Source of the DNA: Monocercomonoides exilis PA203
Taxonomy: Eukaryota; Protista; Preaxostyla
Assembly (NCBI GenBank): GCA_001643675.2
Contig: LSRY02000030.1
Location: 62,001 to 126,000 of the forward strand
Length of the DNA: 64,000 nucleotides
Reading direction: 5' to 3'
The notes under the pieces were generated by a model, which was not told the DNA's origin, did no database searches, and saw nothing but the letters and a program-made list of their open reading frames with translations. Below are positions 23,477 through 37,359 of this stretch, in pieces. The translations under genes were made by a program, and so were the position numbers. Position 1 is the stretch's first letter, and each line of letters starts with the position of its first letter.

Positions 23477-23932
23477 TAATATAAATATCAAAACAAACTT
23501 CAATCTCAGTTCATTTAGAAATATGAAACTTCTGTTGTATTTGATAAATGAGGCATAGCTGCAAGAAAGAAGAATGTAAATGGACTACTAAATTCATAAG
23601 CACACTGAAAGAACGAATAACAGATAAATACAGAAGTGGATTTATTGACAACAGAATTAAAAAAAAAAAATTATATTTGAGATTAATCGCTTATAATAAT
23701 TATTGAACAATAGAGGAAATTTTAAATTGAAGTTGAAACAAATTGAAGATTTCAAAACACATAAAAAAATTGAAGAAATATAGAAATACTAAGCAATAAC
23801 ACAAAACCTTCAAATCAGAGAGAGAAAATGCAAAACATAGCATTAAAAAATAAGGTTTTCAAATCTTAATTTCAATATCTTTTCCTTTCTTTCCTTTTCC
23901 TTTTCTTCTTTTTTTTAAAAAAAAAACATTTT

Positions 23933-26900
23933 TCATCTAACTTCCAAAGTTCTTCGATCCAACCCAACTCCAATCGCCAGCTTTGTCACTCTCAACGATA
24001 GCTCTGCTTTTTCCTCTGGCTTCCAAATTCTCTTCATCAGCTGCTGCTTCCTCTTCTTCCCCGAGCTGTTAATGCCCCAGTCTCTGTAGATCTTCATCCG
24101 CTCTGCTTCTCTAAGCACAAACTTCACACTTTTGTAGAACAGCTTCTTATCGCCGTGTCTTTGAGCATTCACAACTGCTTTCCTTTCTCTGTTGAAGAGA
24201 GACGAGTGAGAAGCAATTAAAGTTAAAAGAAGAATTGGAGGAGCATCGCGACGGAGAGAAGAAATGCGAGCAGAGGGATAGAGATTGATGAAGGGAGAAG
24301 GATGAGGCGAGGAAGAAGTGGATGGGTTTGCAGAACTGGAAGAAGAAGAAGAAGAAGAAGATGATGATGATGATGACGAAGAATCTAACGAAGAAGATAA
24401 AGATGAAGATGAAGATGAAGAAGAGGAAGCAGAAGCAGAAGCAGATGCAGAGGAAGAAGAAGAAGAAGCAGAATCAGACAGTACAGACGAATGATGTCTT
24501 CCCAGAGGAGAAGAATTAAAGGAAGAATGTGCAGCCAAAACCGATCTTTTCTCTGGTTTAATCGAAGCGAGCTTCACAAGAGAAGCAGTTGTGGTTGATG
24601 TTCTATGAAGACTCTTTGGACGCTCCTTCTGTTTATACAGCTTCATTGGATTGAGCAATGGATAAGGCAATAAGCTCTGATAATTCGCATCAAACTTAAA
24701 TCCTTTCACTTTCTTCATTGCTTTTTTGTTCTCTGTATTTTTCTTTTTCTTTTCTTTTTTCTTTCCTTTTCCTTTCTCTTTCCCCTTTTCTTTTTCTCTT
24801 CCATCTCCAATTTCCTTCTTTCTCCTTTCCCCTCCTTCTTCTCCTTCTTCTCCTTCTTTTCCTTCTTTTCCTTCTTTTCCTTCCTTCCCAAACGGATACA
24901 CCCCTTCCACATCTCCATTCCACTCCACGTATCTGTTCTCCCAGTACAATATCTCCGTCCTCACAATCATATTTGCACACTCTGGATATTTCTCCACCAT
25001 CTCCTGGCTGCAATACCCAGCTATCCTTCCCCTGTGCCTCCAGCTCACCCGGAACGCCTCCCACACCGCCAGAAGCCGCGGCCAGTAGCTCATTTGCAGC
25101 TCCTCTTTCACCCTCTTCGCAAACCTCTTCCTCTCCAAGTGGAGTCTGACCTGTGTCTGTGTCTTGATTATCAGCACACGTGTTGCCAGAAACTTTGTGC
25201 GTTCTTTGTGCATACGAGCAAGCGACTGCAGCAGAATCACTTTCTTCCGTGTCGCCAGGTACTTCTTCCTCGCCTGCCGCATCCTCACCAGCGACTGGAT
25301 CGTTATCACTTTCCTCCGCATCATCAGAAACTGCTTGCGCTGCTGATGCATTCGAACAATCGACTGTGCCAATATCACTTTCTTCCTCAGCGCTCTGTAT
25401 CTCCGCTTCTCGGCATACATTCGATATGCACTTTGGATGAGCACAGCTGCCACCCTTTGCTCTTCAGCCACTCTCTTCGCGATTTCTTCTTCGCTCTCTT
25501 TCAAATCAACTGCAGGAGTTGACAGAGATGATGCACCAGAAACAGAACTGTCTTCGTTTTTGGATGAAGAATCAGCACCAGAAAATTTGTCGCTTTCATC
25601 TTTTGAAGGAGAAAGAGAGAGTTTTGTGTTTTCTGCTTCTTTGGAAGAAGCATCGGATGCAGCGATGTCTTCTTGGAGCGCTGAAAATAGCTGAGAAAAC
25701 CACCTTTTCTCCACAGAGCTTTCGATGAGAGGAGGACAATAAGGGATAAATGAGCATAAGGTGGAAGAAGGTTTGTTGGTAGAAGAAGAAGGAGAAGGAG
25801 AAGTAGAAGAAGAAAAGGAAGGAGATAAAGAAGGAGTGGAAGGGCAGAGGCAGACAGAAGAAGGAATGCATGAATGATAATGAATAGATGGTACCTCGTG
25901 CGAGTGAGAAGAAGAAGAAGAAGACGTTGATGATGAGTGTGAATGCGAATGCGAAGAAGAAGTAGAGGAAGAAGACGAAGAGGAAGAAGAAGAAGAAGAA
26001 GAAGGAAAGAAAGGAGTTAACTGAAGCCATTGAGGATCCCAAAGGGTGGGGACAACACGTGGAGGGAGGATGTCGAGCAAGCGATGCTTTGGAAACTGAG
26101 GGAAATGTGGGTAGGCATCAGATGAGTGTTGCTGATGCTGTGTATTAAGACTATTATCATCATTATTGTTATTGTTGTCAGTTTTGTTGTTGCTAGTATT
26201 TTTGTTGTCACTATTATTATCTTCAGATCCCTCACTATTCTTCATATTCCCCTCTTCTTCTTCTTTTTCTTCTTCTTCCTTCTCCTTCCTCATCTCCTCC
26301 TCCATCGCCCTCTCCACCATCTCCATCTCCTCCCCCGTGCATCCAATGCTAAACAAAGACCAGCGAGGCGGAGGAGCCACAAATACCTCTCTACACTTCC
26401 ATGTCGCATCACACAAAAAGGGTGTCTTTCGCTTTGAGAAGGCAAGCGCTTTGCGGTTGTGTTTCGCATCGATAGCCTCATCAAGCACAAGAAAGGATGG
26501 GTTGATGGGGAGGATGGAGTCGAAGAGAGAGGAAGAAGAAGAAGAAGATGACGATGATGATCCTTTGTTTGATTCCTTATTAGAAACAGCATCGTTCTCA
26601 GCATAGAGAGAAAGAGAAAGAGAAAGAGAAGGCGGAAATGGATGGCACACACACCTCCTCTCCACAAACAGCTGAAAGAGCTGTGTCCGCACAAACAGCG
26701 ACAGAAACGGCATGTTTGCTTTGCCTTCGGACAGAAAATCGTCCAGTTTGATGAACAAGTCTGGCTCGTTGCTTTTCGCAGCAGTCGAAGGCGGGCGGAC
26801 GAGGAAATTGCGATACTTCTTCATCATCGAGGTGAACATGTTGAAGAATGCTAGGCGCACTTTCGTGAAGGAGAAAGGGGAGGAGGAAGAAAGAGAGGAA

Positions 26901-29681
26901 GAGGAGGAAGAGGAAGAGGAGGAAACGGAAGAGTTAGTGGATGATGGAGAAGGAGATGATAAAGCAGAATGAGGGAGGGTATGGAGAGGAGAAGCGGTGG
27001 GAATGACAAGAGGAGGAGAAGAAGAAGGAAATTCTGGTGGAGGAGAAGAAGAAGTAGCAACAGCAGATGCAAATGAAGAGGCAGAAGAAGCAGAAGGCAG
27101 ATAAGTTGGCGGAGGAGGAGGTGATGGTGACGAAGTTGTCATTATCATGTTCTTTTGAGGAGACAAAGCAGTCGAAGAAGAAGAAGAAGAATAAGAAGAA
27201 GAAGAAAAAGTCAAGCCATTGAATCCAGCAAAGCCCTGTGACACGACGCTGCAAGCGACAGAAGGGTTGGCGAAGGCAGCTTCAGAAGAAAGAGCAGAGA
27301 AAAGATGAGGAGGCAAAGAAAAAGAGCTTGTTGAGCCAGAAGAAGAAGAGGAGACGTGAGGAGGAGTGAAACAGGGGATGGCAAGGGATGTGGAGTATAA
27401 ATAGAAGAAAGGATTGAAAGCAAGGTCATTTTGTGAAAGAGGTTGGTTGAGGAAAGAGAAGGAGATGCCATCAAGACGAGTGAGAAGCTTTGTGTGAGAA
27501 GAAGAAGATGATGATGAAGATGAAGAAGAAGAAGAAGATGATGATGAAAAGGGAAGATTTTTGAGAGGAGTTGAATGAGAAGAAGAATTCTTTGGATCGA
27601 TGCCGAATGCCTTGTTGGGTGTGGTGGTGGTTGAGAATATGTCTGAAAGTGCATTGAAGAAAGGATTAGAAGAGGAAGAAGAGGAAGAAGAGGAAGAAGA
27701 AGAGAAGGAAGAAGAAGGAGAAGGAGAGTGCTGTTTGGAAGATGGACTGATGAGGCCTTTCAAAGATGCAAAAGTTGATGGAAACCAATCGTCAGCTATT
27801 GAAATAGCAGCATCAGAAGAAGAAGACTTCGAGTTTTTGTTCTCCTTCGGATACACATTCAATGCTGAGTTGCTTTCCAATGCCACTTTTCCAAAGGGGA
27901 AAAAAGCAGAATGATTCAACAGCCATCTTTTCAGGCTGTCTTTCTCTTTCTCTTTTGATCTCAAAGCAGAAAGCTCAGTGCGACGGAGGGAAGTGAATGA
28001 ATCAGACATTGCACTGGGTGAGAAAGAGAAGGCATGGGTAAGGAGAAAAGAGGAAGGAGAAGAGAAAGAAAGAGGCTGGGCGCAGAGGGAGAAGCAGCGG
28101 GGTAAAGAGGAAGAGACAGAGGAAGAGACGGAGAGGATGGAGGAAGAGGTTGATGAAGTGGTATGAGAAATAGAAAAGGAAGAAGTTGATGATGATGAAT
28201 ATGATGAATGTTGAAGTGAAGAAGAAGAAGAGGAGGAGGAGGAAGAAGAAGAACTGGAAGAAGAAGTTTGAGAAAGGATGGGTGTGGAGAAGAGTTGATC
28301 GATCTGCCGAATGATTGGATGAGAAGGAGAAAAGACATTTGCGTGTAGACTCTGAAAGAATTGTGTTGAGTTATTAAAAAGCACAAGAAGAAGAAGGAAG
28401 AATATGAAGAAATATCACATTGATAAATGAATTGTCAAAAAAGAATTTTGTTCGAAAAATCAATTTCAAAACAAAAAAATTCAATAAATTTCTTTAAATG
28501 CATTAAACTCTGATTCATTTCACATACAATCTGAGCCAGAAGCTTTTCTCTCAGCCTCTTTGGGAGCATCGGAATTTCGTCAAATGGATTCTTTGATTGT
28601 GCCGATCTTTTGACAACTCTGGGGAATGTGATCACATTCCTGTCAAGATCCACAATGATCGTCTCATTGGCGAAGGAGGCCTTGATCACCATCGACGAGT
28701 GCATCCCAACCACAAACGGGGTGGGCGCTTGAACCATGTCCACCAGAAAGGAAGGGAGAACAGGGATGAGCGTGTGCGGCCATTCAAAGGGAAAGATTAG
28801 ACTGAACAGGCAGTCGATGACAACGCTCAGGAGCCCCACCCGCGACGAGATCAGAACAATCTGCCGCTCCAACAGGATGCACCGAATAATGTCCACGATG
28901 TTCTGAGGAGATAGACAATAAAAAAGCACCCTGAGATCAAAGTCAAGAAGAGGAAGATCGTTTGGGCCTGGATGTGAGTAATGAAGAATCTTTTCCCCAA
29001 TTGCCACACGAACGCACATGCAACCAGGGCTTGGAGCTGGACACTCAAAAATGAGATTTTCTAGTGCTGAAATTATCATAGCTTTTGGAGAAGGGCATAA
29101 CATGAAAGAAGGTAAATTTGAAGATAAATTGTTTTCTGGCTTGCGAATGACAATACGAAATAATTCTCTCAAATATTTTTTGAAAAAAGAATAATACGGA
29201 TATTTTGTGATTAGACACATAGATTTCAAAATCCATAGTGGAGACAATTCTCCCTTCTTCATTTTAAAGTCTTTTTCAAAACCTTCCTGCTCTTCGGGTG
29301 TTGCAGGCTCGTGAAAAAGCACTATAAATAAATACATTCTTTTTCCATCTGCATCTGTCATAATATTTGAGAAATATTGAGGCTCTTTTTGAGTTTTTGA
29401 AAGAGAAAGTCCATTTGGAAAGCAAAACTGATGATTGAAAAGACAAATAAAAATGAAAAAAATAAAGAAACGATTATATTATTTCCAATGCAAACCATTG
29501 AGCATTCTTGGGGAAAGGGGTTGTTGTCATAATTGAACTCTGGAAAGCGAAAAACAACTGCGGGCTGAAAAAGAGCGTCAAACGGATTTGAAGGACGCGG
29601 CGCTCTTTTATCAAACAAATCTCGTGAAGGAGAAATTGTGCTCAAAGCAAAATAATCGACTATTCTCGAAGATATTGCCAT
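23933..29681 (-). CDS. DENN-domain Rab GEF-like protein with IQ repeats and C-terminal NACK_C(DUF3490)-like domain; join(29681..29496,29427..28528,28351..23933), ~1,830 aa
   Basis: uDENN (IVDYF...RFPEFNY..PFPQECSMFCFPNG; TDADGKRMY), cDENN (LFYCLSPQNI..ILLERQIVLISS..FPFEWPHTLIPVLP..QAPTPFVVG..IVDLD) and dDENN (VRLAFFNMFTSMMKKYR..FVRTQLFQLFVERR); five IQ-like repeats (IQSAYRM, AQSIVRM, IQSLVRM, LQSLARM, TQTQVRL). Confidence 0.88.
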
Positions 29682-29820
29682 TTGAGCCAATTTATATTTG
29701 TTGAAAAAAATTAGTCTATTTTTGATCTCAAATGAATTTGAACAAAACAATAAAAGATTATATATTTATATTATTAAAAATAAATAACAATACTTTCAAC
29801 GAAATGAAGTGTTTTAGCAT

Positions 29821-31260
29821 TTATTTTCTTTTCGCAATATGTTCGGAAAGCCTTCTACGAACATGCTTAACAATCAGTTCAGGGGCTTCATTTATTTGTT
29901 TAAAACTAGGGAAATAATTGACATCAACAAGATAAAATTGGTTCGGTGAAGTGCGATCCAGAAGAAGGTCAAATCCAAAGATTTGAATTCCCTAAAATAA
30001 AAAAAAAAATTAAAATTAAAAATAGAAATTTTTTAAAAATATGAATGAAAAATTTTCAAACAAGTCTCTGATATAATTCGTTTGCAACAGCTTGTAAAAG
30101 AGGAAGAGGCAAATTTTGAGGAGGCTTTTCTGATTGTGAAGCTTCGAAATCAACTTGATCATCGAAGACAAATGCTTTTAAAATCAAATTCGAATTAAAC
30201 ATTTCAATGTTTATAATATTCGAATGGCAATTAAAAAATTGTTTCATAAAAAAGGGGTGAAAACCAGCAGACCTTTTTCAGGCTTTTTCAAGGCTTCTGG
30301 TGGAAGAGATGGCTCTATTTTCTGAAACAGACCTTCTCCCCAAATGCAATAAATCTTAAATACATATGGAATATGATCAACAGCTTGCTGAAGAAGAATA
30401 GAATCTTCAAGCAAGCTTTTTGTAGAAGATGTTTCCGTGGAAGAAGATTTCGAATAAAATGAGTGAATGCTTTCGCGAAGCTGGTCAAATGAAGACACAA
30501 TCGCTAAACGATGAGAAAAATGTGATCCACAACTTTTCGCAGGCTTTATAACTTTGCAAACATTACAAAACAAAAATGAACTAATTAATCAACGTGTAAG
30601 TGTTTAATCAAAACTTAAAGGATATGTCAAATTTTCCTCATTGAGAAATGATTCAGATATTGATCCTTTGGAAGATGAAAAAACAGCGGATTTGGGGAAA
30701 GAAACAGTGATTTTATCTTGCTACAAAATGCAATAACAATTGTAATAAAATTTAAGGCTAGAGAAAAAAGAAAATATACCAATGAAGCTTGAAATGCAAC
30801 GCTAAAATCTCGAAGAATCTCATGAAGCATAATTCTATTAGCCATTGCTTCAACTTTTTGTGGTGGATCTATGGCAAGAATTTCTGCGTGATCCCTGAGA
30901 TATTTCTTTTCAACAAAAAAAACTGGTATTGGCATTACTTCTGAAATGCAGATTTTTCATACATGAAATGAATAAGCAGCCTCTGAAAGCCTAGGATCAT
31001 CGTCATTTATTTCTTTCGTAACTTTGTGCAAAACACAATCAAATGGTCCTTGATCTGGTATCGGCTTTAATAAATCTATCTCAGTCACTTCGGCAAATTG
31101 TCTGAAAAATGGACCAATTGTTATTCGCTACGATATGAAAAAATTAAAAATCTGAATAACAATATTACTTGATGCCCGAAATGACGTATTGATTCACCGA
31201 CCGTTTCTTAATGCTTGGCTCAAAATAAATTCCAACACGAGGAAAATGAGATTCACTCAT
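29821..31260 (-). CDS. ITPK1: Inositol-tetrakisphosphate 1-kinase / Ins(1,3,4)P3 5/6-kinase (ATP-grasp), multi-exon
   Basis: Spliced motifs RVGIYF..IKKR, IDLLKPIPDQGPFDCVLHKVT, AIDP..V..MANR, VIKPAKSCGSHFSHRLAIV, LLQQAVDH..VFKIYCI, SLP and GIQIFGFDLL...FYLVDVNYFPSFK. Confidence 0.88.
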
Positions 31261-31326
31261 TTGTTAAACAAAAAAATGTTACAGAACAGATCGAAATTGT
31301 ATTTGTCCATTTTTGAAGCTTGGCGC

Positions 31327-34323
31327 ATGAAAAGCTTCATTAATTTTATTTTTCTATTTTATCTTAGCTATCAATACGGAAGTTTCAGTAATGAAGCTGA
31401 ATCTGTTTTTGCTAACGTTTTTATGACAAAGAGTGAAAATGAATTGAATAGAAAACGTACTTTTCAGCAAATTCATTTATCAAACAACATTCTTGAAGCG
31501 AGACTTCATTGTTTTCGAGAGGCTAGCAATGCGCCATTTGCCATTGAAAAATGCAAAGAAATAGGAACTGAAATTCATTCAAACTTCATTGTTGAGAATA
31601 CAACGATTTTAGCGCATAAAATATTCTTCTCTTCAACAAATGAAAATTTTTTTATCAATTGTGATAGAAATTCTCATGTGATTTTAAATGATTTAACGTT
31701 GTCTCTAAAATCTCAAAATTGTATAATCTATTCTTCTGGAGCGATGGTTGCAATTGAAAATCTCGCAATGACATTCTCACAAAAATATAGTGTAACGTCA
31801 CCTTCTCTTATACATAATATTTTGCCTGACGGAAAACTTTCAATGAAGAATACATATTGTGAATCATTTGCTTCATATTTCAATTTTCCTTTTCTCGGAA
31901 ATGGGAATGATACCTCTCTTTTTCTATCAAATAATATATTTTACAACATTACAACAAAGAATACCAAAATTGAATCAACATCTCATCCTCACAAGGAATT
32001 GCCTCATCGTTCAATTGCTATCGATTGCTGCGTATTTCTAAATGTTGATTATCATTTAACTTCTGGCTTGCTACGTGGAGATAACACCTACAAAATGGTT
32101 GCTGATAACTCATCTTTTATAAAATGCACAAAGCTACATAGTACTCCTGAGAGTTATTATGATATTGAATGGAGTTTCACTTCAGATGAATTTGTTGCAT
32201 GCGAGCAGACTGAAGGAGATGGAGGCGCAATATGTTTCACAGGTGCAAAGTCAATACTAACCATGAGCAAAAGCTCACTCACGGACTGCAAAGCAACAGC
32301 AGACGGGGCCTGTGGAGGAGGAGTTTCTATGAGAGAAGGAAAGCTTGAGTTTTCATCTGTGAACATTACAAACTGTACTGCGGCTGGACACGGCGGATGT
32401 TTGTATTTGAATTCCAACAGCCAAAAGATTACATGCAATGATAGTAAATTTATAAGTGGAGCAGCGCTGAATGGGTGTGGAGGAGGGATTGTGATGATTG
32501 GAGATGATTTGGTTATTTATATGAAAGACTGCGAATGGAAAGAATGTGTTGCGATGATCGAGGGAAAAGAAGATGGAGGTGGAAGCAATGACGAGGCTAA
32601 AGAAGGTTCATTGGAAGAAAACTTGAATGAATCCTCTGAGTGCTTGAAAGAAATTAAATATAACCAATTGGACAGAAATTCATCATTAAAGCCAATACGT
32701 AAATTGAGCCATTCACGCAGTCCGCATCGAAATGAAGACTTGGAAAAAGGAAAAGGCGGGGGTTTTGTGCTTGAGTCTTCAGAAGCGCATATTTATAATT
32801 GCATTTTTGAGTCCTGTGCAACCAGCGTGAAGGGGGTGTCTCTTCACACCTTGTCCCAGTTCTCAACACTCACCCTCACTTACTGCAGGTTCGATGAATC
32901 TGCTTCAAAAAAGGCACTTTCTGACTACGTCCTGCTGATATCTGATTCTCACATCTCTATCTCATATTCAAACATCACATGCCCGGAAAACAAGAAATCC
33001 AACGGAGCTATCAAAACACTTGCAGACAATGGGGAAATGGATATTAATACAACTTCCTTCAACAGAGTGACTGTGACAAGCCCTTCGTCTGCAGTTGTGA
33101 TGAGATCGGGAGGCTATCTTACGCTGACCGAATGCACTTTTGATCATTGCACTGCAACGGGAAATGGGATTTTGTGTTCAGTGAGCAATCAAGAAGTGCA
33201 GGTGTCTATAACAGATACAGAGTTTATTTCATGCACTTCTGATGCAAATGGGAGATCGCTAATAACAATCATTAACGCTACTGTGCAGCTGAAGAGCGTC
33301 AAATTCAAGGACTGCTCGTCGGAGACTCAAAGCACTCTAGCTTTATCGCCAAGTGAACAGCCGATTGTTATGGAGAGTGTTACATTTGACACTTGCACAA
33401 GCCCCGTTCCTGTGCCTGCTGCTTTCTTGTTTGACAAAGGATCCGCAGAGATTTCCAAAAGCCAATTCATTTCATGCACTTCAAAGAGCGATACGTGCAT
33501 CTGCGCAACTGGAGAGCCAAAAGAGCTGACTGTTAGAGAAACAAACTTCTCTCATTGCCGGGCATCAGGAGGGAGCACATCATGTATAACACTTGTTGCT
33601 GGAACAGCTACTATTGACAGCTGCCGATTCGACGATTGCACAGCTTATCTTCATGCAGGAGCCATCTCGATAACGAAGACAGCATTGCTCAAGCTTTCAA
33701 ACTCGTATTTCACGAACTGTGCAGCTGAAGCTGGAGACGGAGGTGCTGTGCTGTTGGAGTCATCTCTTGCCGCTTCCAAGGATCCTCCTTCCAATGTGGT
33801 GGAGAAATGCAGCTTCGCAAAATGCAAATGCGTTGCAGATGGGTGCGGAATAGCAGCATTAGCAAAGAATGTGAAGCTGCTGCTGAGTGAGTGTATGTTT
33901 GACGAATGCACATCAACACCATCTTTCAGTGGAGCGCTTTATTATATTGGTGTTTATCTGTCTGTTGAACGCACTTGGTTTAAAGGATGCAGAACTGAGA
34001 CTGGAGGAGGCGGAGCTATTTACATTGACACTAAAAACTATTCTATTGTGCATTGTTCATTTGAAGATTGCCATGCAATAACAGGCGGTGCTGTCTCGTG
34101 TCATTTTCCTGTATCAAATGAAGGCAATGGAAGTAAAGGAAAGCATAATGATATTGCAATACAGCCTGTTTTTAAATACTGCTCATTTTTTAGAAATACA
34201 GGTTTGATTTATTTGTTGATTTTAGAAGTGTATTTTATTTATTTTTATTTAATCTTTTATCTTTTATGTTTTTTCGTTATTATTTCATAATTATTTGATT
34301 TCATCTTTTTAAACTCATATCAT

Positions 34324-34358
<35 letters not shown>

Positions 34359-36452
34359 TTAGCGTTTAATGGAGTCGATGTTTACGTTTATGTTCCTGGG
34401 TTTCTATATCCCGTGCCTTCGATGTTTCAGAGCTGCTGTTTTATTTCTTATGCCGAGACAATCGAGACAAGCAATAGCGAGAAATATGACATTCCATTCA
34501 CAGATACTCGTGCAAGTGTGGTTATAAAATCATATGGCAAAGATCATCTCTCATGTGGCACTGAAGAAGATCCTTGCTGTTCCATTACATTCGCCTCCGC
34601 TTTGGTTGCTGCGCAGGCGACACTGTATCTGAAGCAAGGGACTTACACCGAACATGGCATTTTATTCGAAAACACAGAGACTTCGATGTTTTACACAGAC
34701 ACTGAGAGGCAGCTTGTGAAATTGAATGCTGCAAATTCAATTGCGGGCATTCAATTGGAGCAAAGCAAAATTCTGATGGGAAACTTATCCATTGAATTGT
34801 TGGATATTCTCTTTTACGACAAGGCGCTTGTATTAATACATCATGATTCATCTTCATTCACTTTGTGCGATTCAGAGATCAGCTCTGTCCCGAACGAGTT
34901 CATATGTAGCCATCTTTTTGTGGTGAGCTCAGGGAATCTTCTTCTTTCGCGCGTGAATATGGACAACTTCCGGATGTCGAGACATGGCATTGTGCAACAA
35001 ACAGGAAGCAGCCATGTTCGGCTTTTTGCTTGCTCTTTCAACGACATCGAACGGGCGTATCTTCCTGGGGCGGTTGTGAGAGTTGTCACTGCAATTAATC
35101 CAGTGTTGGAAGTGGAATACTGCACATTTGACGATATTCACGCCATTAGGGGAAATGCTGCTGGAATAAGCTTTTCTGCATCTTGTGGATTGCTTGTATT
35201 AAATCATTCATCATTCACGAAATGTGTTGTGGACGATGGATGCTCTGCATGCCTTGAAGTTAATCAAGGTTCAGATGAATCAGTAACTACAACAAACAGA
35301 CTTATTGCAATGAATACAACCTTGCAAATGCCAACTATTGGTGCTGGGCAATTAATCTCCCTCTGCTCAATTAAGCATTGTGTCAGCTCGTTCTTGCATT
35401 GCTCGTTCATTTATGGAGTTATAATATCTGATGCAATGCTTTATTCTTCCAATGATGGTTTTGGTTTTGATAAATCGCATTTCTTTGCAGAAAATCAATC
35501 GATTTTAAATAAAGAAAGAGAATTTTATTTTGATGAATATGAATCTGATGTTGATAATTCTTTTACACTTCCTTCAATGGAACAGATCGTTCGTCGTCAA
35601 TCCAATGGTGCATGTGACTGGGGCAGAGTTGGGTTGTCTCTCGAAAATGTTGACACTTCATTTGAGCAATGTGAATTTATATATGGAAACGGAGCAGCAT
35701 TTGAAGCTGAAGGAGGATCAGTCAGGATGAACTGGTGTAAGTTCATCACGTCAGATACTGCTTGCGCTCTCTCTCAAACTGCTCATAGAAATGTGAAGGT
35801 GAATCAAAGCAGTCTGATATTCTCAAACTGTGTGGTGCAAGACGCACAGAAAGGCGTAAGCAAAAATTTGACAAGTGAATTAATTCGACATGAAGGTGGA
35901 TCTATCATTGAAGATGACCTGAGCAAAACAGAAGAAATGGCATATCCGCCTGAGCTGAGCAAAGTGCATGCAGAACGCAGACGGAAAGAAGACAACGTGA
36001 ACATCACTTTAGTGGGGAGCCATCTGGCTCCTTGTTCAATTGTGATTGAATTGGCTTCGCTGAGTGACGAGAGTAGAACGTTGAGGCTGAAAAATGTTGT
36101 GTGTTCTCAAAACAATCGCACGCAGATATCAGTTCCTTCCAATGACATCAAAGCGGCTGTTGATAGCTCAGAAAATTTCAAAGTGCGAGTGATAGTTGAA
36201 AATTACTATGCTTCTGGCTTCATTCAGGCGAAGGTGACTCTACCCCCGTCACTTTCGACTGAAGCAATAATTGGAATAGTTATTGGTTGTCTTGTATTAA
36301 CAAGTGCCATTGTGGGGATATGTTTGCTTTGTATTTTGAAAAAGAAAAAGCAAAAAAAGGACAAAAGATTGCAGAGTGATAGCAATGAGATGGAAAGATT
36401 ATCTAGAACTAACAATAACAGTGAAGGAAAATATTACAAAATGGCATCTTGA
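31327..36452 (+). CDS. Type I membrane Cys-rich beta-helix (Pmp/pectin-lyase-like) protein; join(31327..34201,34363..36452), ~1,650 aa
   Basis: Signal-like MKSFINFIFLFYLSY; many GGAI/GGGV + FxxC repeats; GKDHLSCGTEEDPCCSI module; C-terminal TM helix IIGIVIGCLVLTSAIVGICLLCIL followed by KKKK. The phase-1 intron contains (TTTA)n. Confidence 0.85.
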
Positions 36453-37118
36453 ACATTTTTGAAAGTGTTTTGTAGAAATTCTTCAAATTAAAGTCTTGTA
36501 ATGCTATTCATTCCAATGTTAACATCCTTCCATATTATATCTTCATCTCATTTTTACGTTCTTTAACTGTAGTGATTATGTTTATTATAAATTTTTTCCG
36601 TGGCATTAGCCTTATGTTCTTAATTAAGAATTCGAGATCAAGTACTTTTTATATCTTTTTCGATTTAAAAAGCATTCTTTTCGTGAAATAAAAAATTCTC
36701 GCTTTGCTGTGGTTGCAATGGAATGAAAATGTGCATTTGAAAAAGCGAAAATGTTGATATCTCTTTTTTCCATTAAGATTGTTATTTGGTGCAAAATTTT
36801 TTCATTTATGAAAAAAACAACGATTTGTTCCAAACTTTTTCTCCAACCTTATCATTATAAGTCTTTCATTCCCATGTCAAAAAAGTTCTGAAATTTTCAA
36901 AAATTGAGAACAATATTTGTTTGAGTGGAATGGAACAAAATTCATAAAGCAAAATATTTCGTCCCATTTCATTTATGTTTTTCTGAACAGATCATTAATA
37001 ACATCTCCAAAAAAAGAAAGAATAAAAGAAAAAAGAAAAGAAAAAGAAAAAAAGAAAAAGAAAAAAAGAAAAAGAAAAAAAGAAAAAGAAAAAAAAAGCA
37101 ATTAAACAACAAATATAT

Positions 37119-37359
37119 GTCAAAATTTTTTTTGAAAAGTTCCATTTGTTTAATTTTCAAAAAATTAAAAATTTCATATTTCTTTCAAATTTCTGTTTTC
37201 ACTTACGAAATCACACCCAAACGGATAAAATAACTTTGACAAGGATTTGTTTAAATGACAGCAAAATTTGGTAAGTGGAAACAGAAATTTGAAAGAAATA
37301 TGAAATTTATATTTTTTTTTGAAAATTAAACAAATGGAACTTTTCAAAAAAATTTAGAC
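37119..37359. mobile_element. Palindromic MITE (family C), ~90-bp imperfect arms
   Basis: ATAT|GTCAAAATTTTTTTTGAAAAGTTCCATTTG...CAAATGGAACTTTTCAAAAAAATTTAGAC|ATAT. Confidence 0.8.

Noticed and set aside
24322-28386. Poly-Glu/Lys/Phe/Leu ORFs overlapping the DENN gene (likewise within MCM9 and 49132..62432)
   Set aside because: Alternative-frame or antisense readings of trinucleotide microsatellites.
31189-31326. N-terminal extension of the track ORF 31189..34290
   Set aside because: It starts at a TTG codon and overlaps ITPK1 exon 1 on the other strand; the ATG at 31327 gives a signal-peptide-like start.
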